A stretch of DNA of 64,000 nucleotides, from positions 64,001 to 128,000 of IMG/VR virus record IMGVR_UViG_2871003000_000003; one strand, written 5' to 3'. The position numbers were made by a program, and so were the translations under genes. Below the pieces are notes generated by a model, which did not search any database, was not told where the DNA came from, and saw only the letters and a program-made list of their open reading frames with translations. Below, one piece after another: positions 1 to 9,102 of this stretch (position 1 is its first letter; every line of letters starts with the position of its first letter). Origin of the DNA: a virus (taxonomy: Duplodnaviria > Caudoviricetes).

Positions 1-276
1 ATTATCACATAAACTGTGCTGCACAATTTTGTCTTTAAAACTTCCTGCTTCTATAATTCTCTCTTTCGGTTCATATACTTTAAATCTGTTATATCTATCT
101 ACTTCATATTGCTTTGATTCTAAAAGTTTCTTAATTTGATAAATTCCATCAAGAGCAGATAATTCAAATTTAATTCTACTTTTCGTAAAACCTTTGCCAC
201 TTTTTGAATCTCTGTATGCTTTATATAAATTTTCAAAATCAATAATCTTATCAAAAACTGTGCTATCTTTTATCAT
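1..276 (-). CDS. DGR reverse transcriptase, N-terminal 92 aa (runs off the window)
   Basis: Manual translation from ATG at 276: MIKDSTVFDKIIDFENLYKAYRDSKSGK...FKVYEPKERIIEAGSFKDKIVQHSLCDN. ENLYKAY, YEPKER and D.IVQH are typical DGR-RT N-terminal motifs. Lies directly downstream of TR and avd. Not in the ORF track. Confidence 0.9.
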   Translation of the reverse strand, partial: MIKDSTVFDKIIDFENLYKAYRDSKSGKGFTKSRIKFELSALDGIYQIKKLLESKQYEVDRYNRFKVYEPKERIIEAGSFKDKIVQHSLCDN

Positions 277-395
277 GATATATTTTACCTTTGTATTTAT
301 CCTGTCTAGTAAAAGACAGGAAAGGTTGTTTGCTCTTTTGATATCGGGACTCTAATTTCAGCGTTTCTCTTACTTTATTTCGTCTTCCGACCCAG

Positions 396-477
396 AACGG
401 ACGAACTCCATAATCGTTCCAATTGCAATCGTTGTAGTTCACGTTACCATTACTGTTAACAATCTGAACATAGGAAG
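396..477 (-). repeat. DGR template repeat (TR)
   Basis: 82 bp that align without gaps to 985-1066 and 16998-17079. AAY-codon rich (VNSNGNVNYNDCNWNDYGVRPF); mismatches fall almost only at TR adenines. Confidence 0.95.
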
Positions 478-502
478 TCATATAGCAAACAACCGTTAAG
501 AA

Positions 503-856
503 TCATCTTGTTTTATCTTTGTTTCTCCAGGCTATTGTCATATATTTAATATCACATATCTTCTTCTGCCAATGTTCAACTGTATCAGATCCTATAAGAT
601 TTAGATTCATTGACAATTCAACATAACAAGATAATTTATCACATGAAGAAATAGATCTAGTTTGCAAATCTAATCTCTTCTGTTTTTCTGCATTTATTTG
701 TATTCTATTTGCGCTCATCAGGAAATCATATATATTCATACATTCATTCTGAATTCTTTCTATAAGCGTTTTGTATTTTGCCGGATATCTCTTTTTATTC
801 GCTGTCACGGAATATGTATATTGCATTAAGTCGATAGCTTTTGTAATAACTTCCAT
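503..856 (-). CDS. avd: DGR accessory variability determinant (Avd-like four-helix bundle)
   Basis: 117-aa basic helical protein (KKRYPAKYK..LIERIQN; W...I..IKYM..AW) between target gene and TR. ATG at 856 follows a GGAGTGA RBS. Confidence 0.85.
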   Translation of the reverse strand: MEVITKAIDLMQYTYSVTANKKRYPAKYKTLIERIQNECMNIYDFLMSANRIQINAEKQKRLDLQTRSISSCDKLSCYVELSMNLNLIGSDTVEHWQKKICDIKYMTIAWRNKDKTR

Positions 857-965
857 ATAAATCACTCCAATCTTGCTGAGTTTTGCTCTTCGAATACTTA
901 CGAACAACGCTTACGCATTGTTCTGTCTTCATCTCCACAAAACGTTATCGACAAGATAAACAGAT

Positions 966-1730
966 TTAAGATTCGGTGATAAAAAACGGACGAACCCCAC
1001 AAACGTCCCAAAGGCAACCGTCGCAGTTCACGTCACCATCACCGTCAACACGCCGAACATAGGAAGAATCTTTTCTTGATTTCGTCTGATTTGGAGTTGA
1101 CAGCCAGTGTGGATAATTGATTAGTGGAAGTTTTTCACCACATTTTCTGAATAAATCAAAAGTCGGAATAGACAATACATCATCTTTTACAACACCATAA
1201 TCATTAAATCCATCCATACTAAGCAAGTTATTTTCAACTGGAGTAATACTATTTCCATATTTACATTTAATGTCTTTTGCAAGCTTGCACTCTTTAAGAT
1301 ATTTTCTTACAGAAGATTCTGCGTAATTATTATTGCTGCCAAAACTCATCCTCGTAAGAACTCCATACATAAAATGATATATCTTTCCATCCATTCGAAT
1401 GTTTGTCCAATAATATCCAAATTCCTCTTTAAAGTGCTTGTTCATAAAATCTTTAACGGATTCTCTAAATTCATCTTCATATCTCTCTGGATCGTTACTA
1501 TACCATTCTGGTACAATATCCTGATCGACTTTATAAGTCCACTTTGAAATATCAGAAGTGATAACATATTTCTCTGGCGGAATTAATTCTGCTCTCACAA
1601 ATTTCTTAGAAGCATTAAATTCATTATCTTCTATATCCAATTTTTCAAGCAAACTTGAATGACTTTCATTCTCTAAGGGTGCAAGTTCCACCCTATTCTT
1701 AAAAATAATTCCACTTTTAAACTCACACAT
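966..1730 (-). CDS. DGR target protein 1 (DUF6273-like, C-terminal variable region)
   Basis: C-terminus contains VR1 ending GVRPF. Shares LLSMDG..YG and WL.TP motifs with target 2. Confidence 0.9.
   Translation of the reverse strand: MCEFKSGIIFKNRVELAPLENESHSSLLEKLDIEDNEFNASKKFVRAELIPPEKYVITSDISKWTYKVDQDIVPEWYSNDPERYEDEFRESVKDFMNKHFKEEFGYYWTNIRMDGKIYHFMYGVLTRMSFGSNNNYAESSVRKYLKECKLAKDIKCKYGNSITPVENNLLSMDGFNDYGVVKDDVLSIPTFDLFRKCGEKLPLINYPHWLSTPNQTKSRKDSSYVRRVDGDGDVNCDGCLWDVCGVRPFFITES
985..1066 (-). repeat. DGR variable repeat VR1
   Basis: 16 mismatches to TR, 15 at TR adenines. Confidence 0.95.
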
Positions 1731-1753
1731 AATTTATTTCTCCTTTTCCTTAT

Positions 1754-2344
1754 TTAGACAATTTCAATTTCTTCTCCAATCAGTTCTTCTAACTTTTCGC
1801 GCATCTCTTCTACGGTCATTTTCTTTAGTTTTTTTCGCTCCCAGATGAGTTCGAGGTTGTCATCATGCATGATACTGCTAATTTTTTCCATGCATTTAAT
1901 CTTATATACCCTAACTATTTCTAAACCGCTTGCCACATTTTTTAAGTTTTCGTTATAGTCTCCCAAATCCGAATATCCATCTTCGCCAATCAAAAAGCCG
2001 CCTATAACAAGTCTTTTCCCGAAATAGTTATCATTATATTCGACCACCATTCCGCTTTTTAAATCTGACTTTGTAAATTCTTTCTGCATGTAATCACTCC
2101 ATTCCAGGATCTCGTATCCTTCGCTATTGTAGTACCGATACGATGAGAACATTCCGAATCTTATATAGCACGTTTCTCCTTTGTACTCTTCATAATTTGT
2201 CTTTTCCATGTAGCTTTTACCTGTGCACCACTTCATCCCATGCTCATGCATTCTCTTGCAAAAGTCTATTGCTTCTTCCTCGGTCTTGCAATGCACCGCA
2301 ATCTTATTGTCTTTATTTTTAAATTCGTCCCAGTTAAATCTCAT
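1754..2344 (-). CDS. phage hypothetical protein
   Basis: 196-aa ORF with RBS, in operon. Confidence 0.7.
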   Translation of the reverse strand: MRFNWDEFKNKDNKIAVHCKTEEEAIDFCKRMHEHGMKWCTGKSYMEKTNYEEYKGETCYIRFGMFSSYRYYNSEGYEILEWSDYMQKEFTKSDLKSGMVVEYNDNYFGKRLVIGGFLIGEDGYSDLGDYNENLKNVASGLEIVRVYKIKCMEKISSIMHDDNLELIWERKKLKKMTVEEMREKLEELIGEEIEIV

Positions 2345-2353
2345 CTTTTTACC

Positions 2354-2518
2354 TCATTCTTCCTCTCCCATATATTTTGCAGCGAACATCAATGCTCCGA
2401 CACCGAGAATAAAACCATAGAAAAATGAATCTTCTCCAATTTCATATAATCTAACACCGGCTAAACACGATGTAATTAATCCACCGATTGACATTATGTT
2501 CCAAAATGTTTTATCCAT
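2354..2518 (-). CDS. small two-TM membrane protein (54 aa)
   Basis: Manual translation MDKTFWNIMSIGGLITSCLAG...FFYGFILGVGALMFAAKY; GGAGGTG RBS. Confidence 0.6.
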   Translation of the reverse strand: MDKTFWNIMSIGGLITSCLAGVRLYEIGEDSFFYGFILGVGALMFAAKYMGEEE

Positions 2519-2535
2519 ATATTATTCACCTCCAT

Positions 2536-3999
2536 TTATCCAGCAAGTTCATATTTATGTCTCAAGAATTCACCAATATCATTTACCATGTATGTATAAT
2601 TTTCTTTTTGATCTTTAATATATGTAGAATTTCTGTTAAAGAAACTTACCATCCACTCCGGAATTTCTAAATCTATGTTTGTTTCAAAGCTGTACGCAAC
2701 AACAGCAAGTAAAGAATTCATGTTTTCAGGTTCAAGAAGTTTCGATGAGTTATCAACCTCTACTGTCCAGTCATCTAACTGAATTTTATATAATTCGATG
2801 TCTTCATCAATCACATCTTCTTTAACATTTTCTTTGATAAATTCAAGAGCGTTCTGGTCTGAAGAAGCATTATCTATTACATTATTCTCTCCCACTTCGA
2901 CAAGACATTCTTCATCTTCTTTAATATGTAAATACTCTTTCATGAGAGCAGTTAAGATGTTAATTTTCTCTTTTAAAATAGCCTTACCTTTTGTATGACG
3001 ATCCTCATTTAATTTGTCAAATGTTACTCCATTTACATCTTTTTTATATAAAGACTTTTCAAATTCTTCTACAAAATCCTTAAACTTAATATCATCTAAT
3101 CCAAATTTAGCAAACTCTTTAAACACAGGGATCCAAACAATAACATTTTTTGGCACAAACACTTCTGTGAAATTATCTTTGCACACAGATTCAATCCTGC
3201 TAAAATATTCATTTACAGTATCAAAGTGTTCTTCCGTTGCGTTCTCATTTAGATATTTGCTCATGTTCTTTATTGCACTTTTCCAGTTATCAAAGAAAAA
3301 CGTTGTCATGACAGATTCACATACAAGTCTTTCTCTAATACCTTTCGATTGCTGCTTACCGGAACAAGACATACAATTTTTAAAGAATTTATTTTTCTCA
3401 GATATTGTCCTTATTTTTCTTGCATGTAAATCAATATAAGTAAATGCTTTCTGAGATGTATTCATTCCCAAATGATTGTTGTATCTTCTCACCAATTTAC
3501 TAATCTGTGACATCGTACAATGCTGATGTATTGTAATGTCAATCTGATAATCATCAAACATTTTTTTCAATTCTGGCGGTAACATTTCATATGTTTTTCT
3601 TCTCAAATCATATTCAACAGATTCCCAAATAACTTTTCCGTATTCATCTTTACAGATTTTATTATTTTCATCTTTCTTTTTTCTCTGATATTGGATAATC
3701 GGATCTTCTAAAGTAGCTGTAATTTTATAGTTTTCATGCTTAAATTTAACCAACGCAGAACTTCTTTGCATTCCATCAACAATGTATTGCTGCACAACGT
3801 CTTCGTCCAAATCTTCTTCTCCTAAGATAATTGGTGGAATATAATCATCAGTTAATACAGTTTTGATTAACTCATTCACCATTCCATTTTCCCAACAAAA
3901 CAGTCTTTGAACGTCCTGGTTATCACTGATATCCTCTTCTACTATTTCCTCCAGGTATGATTCCAGAGATAAAGTCTTTTTTCTGATTTTCTTTGCCAT
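2536..3999 (-). CDS. DUF262/ParB-like NTPase domain protein
   Basis: VQR..W, IPPIIL, IVDGMQR and RRYN motifs. Confidence 0.75.
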   Translation of the reverse strand: MAKKIRKKTLSLESYLEEIVEEDISDNQDVQRLFCWENGMVNELIKTVLTDDYIPPIILGEEDLDEDVVQQYIVDGMQRSSALVKFKHENYKITATLEDPIIQYQRKKKDENNKICKDEYGKVIWESVEYDLRRKTYEMLPPELKKMFDDYQIDITIHQHCTMSQISKLVRRYNNHLGMNTSQKAFTYIDLHARKIRTISEKNKFFKNCMSCSGKQQSKGIRERLVCESVMTTFFFDNWKSAIKNMSKYLNENATEEHFDTVNEYFSRIESVCKDNFTEVFVPKNVIVWIPVFKEFAKFGLDDIKFKDFVEEFEKSLYKKDVNGVTFDKLNEDRHTKGKAILKEKINILTALMKEYLHIKEDEECLVEVGENNVIDNASSDQNALEFIKENVKEDVIDEDIELYKIQLDDWTVEVDNSSKLLEPENMNSLLAVVAYSFETNIDLEIPEWMVSFFNRNSTYIKDQKENYTYMVNDIGEFLRHKYELAG

Positions 4000-4019
4000 G
4001 ATTATATTCCTCCAATTTT

Positions 4020-4664
4020 TTACTTACGTAGCAATATTTTTACATTTTCATAACGCTGCATAGATCCGAGTATCTTATCTCTATATTCTCTCTCTGTCAT
4101 ATGCAATTCTTTAAGAATCTCCTCCTGAGAATATCCAGAACAAATAAGATCAACCGCTTTTTGTTGTTTGTAAGATAAATTACTCTTGTACATTTCAATC
4201 CTATCTGTAGTAGGACAAATATTATTCTCTACTTCATCCTCCAAATTAAACCCCGAAGAGATGCTTTCTTCCAATGTATAATCTTCATCTGGGTCAACTT
4301 TCATATGTATAGAAATGTCTGTAATAATTACAGGATTTCCTTTATTATCTCTTTTAATTTTCCCTTTTTTGTCTGTTTCAAGATTACACCGCTTAAACCT
4401 GAAATTATCTCTTTTCCACGTTTCTCTTCGTCTTATAAGGTTCCCATAATAATATGTATTGAATTTACACTTTTTTGATTTATCGTATGTTTTTATGCTC
4501 TCCACGAGAATTTCTACCGCTTTTCCATAGTAGTCATCCAAATACCCTTTTGGTATATTTGTACTAGAAAAAATCTTGTCACAAATTCTTCTGATTTCCT
4601 TCATGTTGTTTCCTACATAAAATCTACATATATCGTCTATTTCTTTTTCGTCCAGTCTACTCAT
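4020..4664 (-). CDS. phage sigma70-family-like factor
   Basis: Region-2-like SIKTYD.SK.CKFNTY and region-4-like C-terminal HTH (LSYKQQKAVDL..GYSQEEI). Confidence 0.65.
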   Translation of the reverse strand: MSRLDEKEIDDICRFYVGNNMKEIRRICDKIFSSTNIPKGYLDDYYGKAVEILVESIKTYDKSKKCKFNTYYYGNLIRRRETWKRDNFRFKRCNLETDKKGKIKRDNKGNPVIITDISIHMKVDPDEDYTLEESISSGFNLEDEVENNICPTTDRIEMYKSNLSYKQQKAVDLICSGYSQEEILKELHMTEREYRDKILGSMQRYENVKILLRK

Positions 4665-5332
4665 TTTAATGTGCCTCCTTCAGATTGTAATTCATCAAAG
4701 AAATCATCGTCTTCCACAATTCTTACTTCAAACCGCCTAGTTCCTAGCCGATTGAATGTCTTTTCAATATTCTTAATTACAACAGAACATTTCGTGTTGT
4801 CCAGAACAGATTGAATGATTATCAACTCATCTTTAATCTGTCTTCTCTTTTCTAAGATTTCTTTTTCTCTCTTGTAAAGTTTGTATCCATCGCAACCAGA
4901 TTTCCATTTTTCTAGTTCTATCTGATGCATACAGTTTGACAATTCACGATCAATATTTGCCAATTTTTTATGTAATACTGTTCTTCTTCTCGTAGCCTCT
5001 TCCACAAATTCACTGCACTGTTTTGATTTTTCAATCCACTGTACAACCTCATCACAAGGAATGTATGAGTCTTTTTTTATGTACTTCTTCTGTTCTGTTT
5101 GTACACTATCTGAATCCGTTTTGTTCTGAATAACCTCCTGATCAGACTTTGAAATAGTTTTTACTCTAAAATGAAAATTCTTCAATACTTTTGGAAGATT
5201 TTTCTGTATGTTCTCAGCTTTATCTTTTTCAAAAACCTGAGCATTACTTTTAGAACAAGTAACAGGAGACCCTTCAGAGTTTAACCTGATGTACAATTTG
5301 TCGTTAGTCACGACACAATTCATTTTAATCAC
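4661..5332 (-). CDS. coiled-coil hypothetical protein
   Basis: 223-aa ORF overlapping the start of the next gene. Confidence 0.7.
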   Translation of the reverse strand: MIKMNCVVTNDKLYIRLNSEGSPVTCSKSNAQVFEKDKAENIQKNLPKVLKNFHFRVKTISKSDQEVIQNKTDSDSVQTEQKKYIKKDSYIPCDEVVQWIEKSKQCSEFVEEATRRRTVLHKKLANIDRELSNCMHQIELEKWKSGCDGYKLYKREKEILEKRRQIKDELIIIQSVLDNTKCSVVIKNIEKTFNRLGTRRFEVRIVEDDDFFDELQSEGGTLK

Positions 5333-5662
5333 CCTTTCCTTTTTTTACTTTTCATTACGTTATTCTCTACATTTGACATGATTTTCTAAAAAATTGCATC
5401 AGAAATAAACGTTTAGAAACTTGTCCACACGAATAAAAAGTAAATTTCAATATTCAGTTTTCCAATATTTGGAATTTTTAGCTGATACGCTTGACTACTT
5501 TGAAAAAAATATGTATTATACTAGTAGGGATAGCGCAAGCTGTTCTTAGCACTCCCATTTTTGGGAAATGCGTTTTTTGGTTTTAGAAGAGCCGGAACCG
5601 GAGGTGTTGGCGCACCTGTGATGGTTTTCCGTCTCTTCTTTTTTATTATGTTTACAAAAAGT

Positions 5663-5713
5663 ATATTAACACGAACACTTGTTCTTGTCAATAGTTGACA
5701 GAACGTTTGTTCG
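5663..5713 (-). promoter_or_regulatory. sigmaA promoter with two LexA (SOS) boxes
   Basis: Minus strand TTGACA(5691-5686)-17 bp-TAATAT with extended TG. CGAACACTTGTTCT (5672-5685) lies in the spacer and AGAACGTTTGTTCG (5700-5713) upstream; both match the Firmicutes GAAC-N4-GTTC box. Confidence 0.75.
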
Positions 5714-6022
5714 ATTTTTTGTTCTTTTCTGTTCTTCTGTATCCGGGAAAGGATCATGAACTAATATTGTACTCATAGTTCCGATAGGTTTTATGTTCAT
5801 CAAATCTAATTGTTTTTCAGAAAACACTCTTAGCTGGTTTAAAAAGTCATCACAAATTTTTGCTATTGTTTCAGATCGCTCGATAATATCCTTGCATTCC
5901 TGAAAAGTTTTTCTTTCAAAACCTACCACCTCATTATTTTCAAGGTCTTGTTCTGCAACTAAAACTTTTTTCCCTTTACAGTGCTTAACAGCTTCTTCAA
6001 TGTCCATCAATACATATCTCAT
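5666..6022 (-). CDS. hypothetical protein coupled to mazF (possible antitoxin)
   Basis: ATGA overlap with the mazF stop. Confidence 0.55.
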   Translation of the reverse strand: MRYVLMDIEEAVKHCKGKKVLVAEQDLENNEVVGFERKTFQECKDIIERSETIAKICDDFLNQLRVFSEKQLDLMNIKPIGTMSTILVHDPFPDTEEQKRTKNRTNVLSTIDKNKCSC

Positions 6023-6390
6023 GCCACATCATCTCCCCACATAAAATTTGCGTCACATGCAATCTTTATTGCACGTTTATCGTCCATAGATGTTATCTTT
6101 CCAAGGTATTTTTCTATTCTTAATTCTGAAATATTTCTTATGCATTCGCACAAAACAATAGAATCTTTTACCAACCCTGTACCTCTTCCCTTTTTGATAA
6201 GAGTATGCGTAGGTTGGTTTATCTTTTTTAATTTTGTACTAAATGGTATAACGATGGTTGTTGCAGCGAAATGATTTCCTATATCATTCTGTACAATAAT
6301 TGCTGGTCTTTTCCCGCCTTGTTCACTTCCTATAGTGTTATCTCCAAAGTCAACCATTACAATATCAAATTTTTCAAATTTAATTTTCAT
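6019..6390 (-). CDS. PemK/MazF family endoribonuclease
   Basis: GSEQGGKRPAIIVQNDIGN, DSIVLCE.IR.IS..RI motifs. Confidence 0.9.
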   Translation of the reverse strand: MKIKFEKFDIVMVDFGDNTIGSEQGGKRPAIIVQNDIGNHFAATTIVIPFSTKLKKINQPTHTLIKKGRGTGLVKDSIVLCECIRNISELRIEKYLGKITSMDDKRAIKIACDANFMWGDDVA

Positions 6391-6563
6391 AATTACGCAT
6401 CCTCCTTTCTCCTAATCTATGTACTTCTCTCTTTCGATATCATAAGTATATACTCTTTACAGTATATTGTCAAGAGTATATTCAATAAAATATATTTATT
6501 TTTTAAAGAATATATGCTAAACTATATACTGTAAACAATATATAACGAACAGGTGGTGAATAC

Positions 6564-6830
6564 ATGCGCTTAGATATTAAAGATCTGGTAGATAAAAAAT
6601 TTCAGAATAAAAATCAATTTGCAAAAGCGATCGGGGTCGGGTATCCTGCGGCATGTAAACTTTACGATGGAGATACAAGCAAAATAAATTTTGACACACT
6701 AGAAAGAATATGTATCGCACTAGAATGTACTCCAACTGATTTATTCAAATCTGAGGATCCAGCGTTAAATAGACTTCTTTTATATTATTGCAAGTTACAT
6801 GAATCCAATGAAAAAGACGATACAGAATAA
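6564..6830 (+). CDS. Cro/CI-type HTH regulator
   Basis: FAKAIGVGYPAACKLY, INFDTLERICIALECTPTDL; divergent from mazF. Confidence 0.85.
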   Translation: MRLDIKDLVDKKFQNKNQFAKAIGVGYPAACKLYDGDTSKINFDTLERICIALECTPTDLFKSEDPALNRLLLYYCKLHESNEKDDTE

Positions 6831-7255
6831 GTATCGTCTTACATATATTTATTACATCTTTATTATTTCTTTAGCTTTTCTAGCTGCTATATCCCAGTTT
6901 ACTTCTATCCCGGAATCAATGCTATACCATGTATCTTGGCTTTCACTGTACTGCAACACATTCCAACACCATAAGTTTGACTTTTCTTTGTGCGGTTCTA
7001 AAACTACTTTTCTCATAACATTTACACCTCCCAGATGAAAGTTAAATTCTATTTATATTTATATGTTGATAATTTCGACATCCTCCTTTGGAACGGTATG
7101 CCAATCGTCATAGAAGTAAATATATAATAAATCTGGATTAGGATGTACTCTATACGCAACATATTTATTTACTTCTAAAATCCCAAATCTTTTAAGTAAA
7201 CATTTCTTTACCATACAAAATCACCAACCTTTTTATATTTTTAAATAATTTTTAT

Positions 7256-7606
7256 CTAACATTCTTCCATATATGGATTATCTTTTAACCTATAATCACA
7301 TCCTTTTGCTAACAAAAATTGTTCCCATTTCAATTTATCTTCGCTTGTTAAAGAAAAATCCACTTCCAAACCACAATCATAAACTGTTGGCATCTTTAAA
7401 GTGATTATATCCTCTATCTCAAATTCTCCACCTTCGCCATCATCCCAACCACCAGTTGTCATTTCTACTGTGATTTTATTCCATTCTTTGTCTCTTTCAA
7501 TGTTTACAATCTTAGTAGGATTGAACATTTCAGTAAGAATAAATTTAATTTCTTCATCTGTTAAACTAAGAAATTCTCTGTATTGTAACATATAATTACA
7601 CCTCAC
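7256..7606 (-). CDS. hypothetical protein
   Basis: ORF track; RBS GAGGTG. Confidence 0.65.
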   Translation of the reverse strand: MRCNYMLQYREFLSLTDEEIKFILTEMFNPTKIVNIERDKEWNKITVEMTTGGWDDGEGGEFEIEDIITLKMPTVYDCGLEVDFSLTSEDKLKWEQFLLAKGCDYRLKDNPYMEEC

Positions 7607-7611
7607 GGATT

Positions 7612-8025
7612 TTAATCTTTTGAATAATATGGTTTATTTATAACATAAGAACCACATGGAACATATGTATTTTTGCAAACTTTACATACATTAACAGAGC
7701 ATTTACCGTTTTCGTCCATATAAGCACACTCATGACTAACTACTTCTTGTACAGCTCTTATAATATCTTTATCTTCTTCTTTTTCTCCCAAAGAATACCA
7801 ATCAATGCCGGAAATAGATTTTTTATCCAATTTCCATTCATTACCAATAAGTTCTACTGTCGCAGTATAAAAACCACAACCACAATCATTGTCTTCATAC
7901 TGTTCATTATCATAAAATCCAAACAATATAATTCTCTTTATGCTTGTATTCGGATATTTTAATACATCGTTGATATAATACCATTTACCATTCACTTTAA
8001 ATCCTGAACCATTAACCGATAACAA
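7612..8025 (-). CDS. hypothetical protein, Cys-rich C-terminus
   Basis: TTG start after GAGGAGG. Confidence 0.65.
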   Translation of the reverse strand: MLSVNGSGFKVNGKWYYINDVLKYPNTSIKRIILFGFYDNEQYEDNDCGCGFYTATVELIGNEWKLDKKSISGIDWYSLGEKEEDKDIIRAVQEVVSHECAYMDENGKCSVNVCKVCKNTYVPCGSYVINKPYYSKD

Positions 8026-8060
8026 TATATTACCTCCTCATTTGATATAAAACTTAGAAT

Positions 8061-8309
8061 CTATCTAGAAAAATCTATTAAACTTCCACGATCTTTAATA
8101 GGTTCTCCATTAGCTGCTAAAACAGGCTCTATGCTATCTGCTAAATCAAGCCAACTGACGCTTACATGTTTCTGTTCTACATATCCATCTTCTTCCTCAA
8201 ATTCAACATCACACTCATCATCAGATTCCCACGCATAACCAATAAATTTCCCATACTGTTTTAAATTTCTATGATAAACTCTATCTCCTGTTTTAAATTT
8301 CTTTTCCAT
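8061..8309 (-). CDS. hypothetical SH3-like small protein
   Basis: FKTGDRVYH motif; RBS. Confidence 0.6.
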   Translation of the reverse strand: MEKKFKTGDRVYHRNLKQYGKFIGYAWESDDECDVEFEEEDGYVEQKHVSVSWLDLADSIEPVLAANGEPIKDRGSLIDFSR

Positions 8310-8313
8310 AATA

Positions 8314-8583
8314 TCACCTCATATCATCTATTAAAACGCCTAATCTATCATATGCTTTAAAATATCTATGTGCAATTTCATTAAACATATCAGACTGACA
8401 TATTGCAATAGCAGCCTTTTCTCCAACTTCTGTTTCATATTCTATTGCTAACTCAGAAAATAGTTCCTTTTTCTCTTCTCGTTTGCATTGCACTCTTTTA
8501 TAACTTTCATAGCATTCCTTCAATTTATCGTTAGGAATGCCAATAAATAAATTTCTTCTCATAAAACGCTCCAATCTGACCAA
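8314..8583 (-). CDS. hypothetical protein
   Basis: ORF in tandem array. Confidence 0.55.
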   Translation of the reverse strand: MVRLERFMRRNLFIGIPNDKLKECYESYKRVQCKREEKKELFSELAIEYETEVGEKAAIAICQSDMFNEIAHRYFKAYDRLGVLIDDMR

Positions 8584-8585
8584 CT

Positions 8586-8837
8586 TTAGTCATTTAATTT
8601 GTCCCAATATTTATCAGAAGTTATGTCTTCATCAATCAATAACATATTTCCATTGTTATCAAAATGATTACACATTAATATATCATTTAATATATGAAGC
8701 ACACTAATTTCCCAATTTTTCCCGTTATCAAATTTATCAAGTTCTAATTTATGTGCGTATTGTTCAAATACTTCTTTTATATCTTTATCGGACATTTGTG
8801 ACAATTGATTTCCAATATGTTTATTTGTAGTATCCAA
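8586..8837 (-). CDS. hypothetical protein
   Basis: TTG start after GAGGTG. Confidence 0.55.
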   Translation of the reverse strand: MDTTNKHIGNQLSQMSDKDIKEVFEQYAHKLELDKFDNGKNWEISVLHILNDILMCNHFDNNGNMLLIDEDITSDKYWDKLND

Positions 8838-8865
8838 TTATAACACCTCTCAATCCAAATAAAAC

Positions 8866-9102
8866 CTACATTTCTTTTACTTTAATAAACATCTTTTTCG
8901 GGAGTATTTTATTACAGTTTATACACCTTCGTCTTCTACTACAAAATTCTGTAATATCTTCAGACGCTCCACATGGCTCATTATTGTAATTAAAAAACAA
9001 ATCTCTAATTACTCTTTCTGTTATATAGTATCCCTTTTCTGAACCACAAAACGGGCATATTTTTTGTTCCTTCATAATTCCCCTTCGCTTGAAATCAATC
9101 AT
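8866..9102 (-). CDS. zinc-ribbon small protein
   Basis: CPFCG...CINC motifs. Confidence 0.6.
   Translation of the reverse strand: MIDFKRRGIMKEQKICPFCGSEKGYYITERVIRDLFFNYNNEPCGASEDITEFCSRRRRCINCNKILPKKMFIKVKEM

Noticed and set aside
263-481. 72-aa ORF ending near the RT start
   Set aside because: It is the TR read in the VR frame; TRs act as RNA and no RBS is evident.
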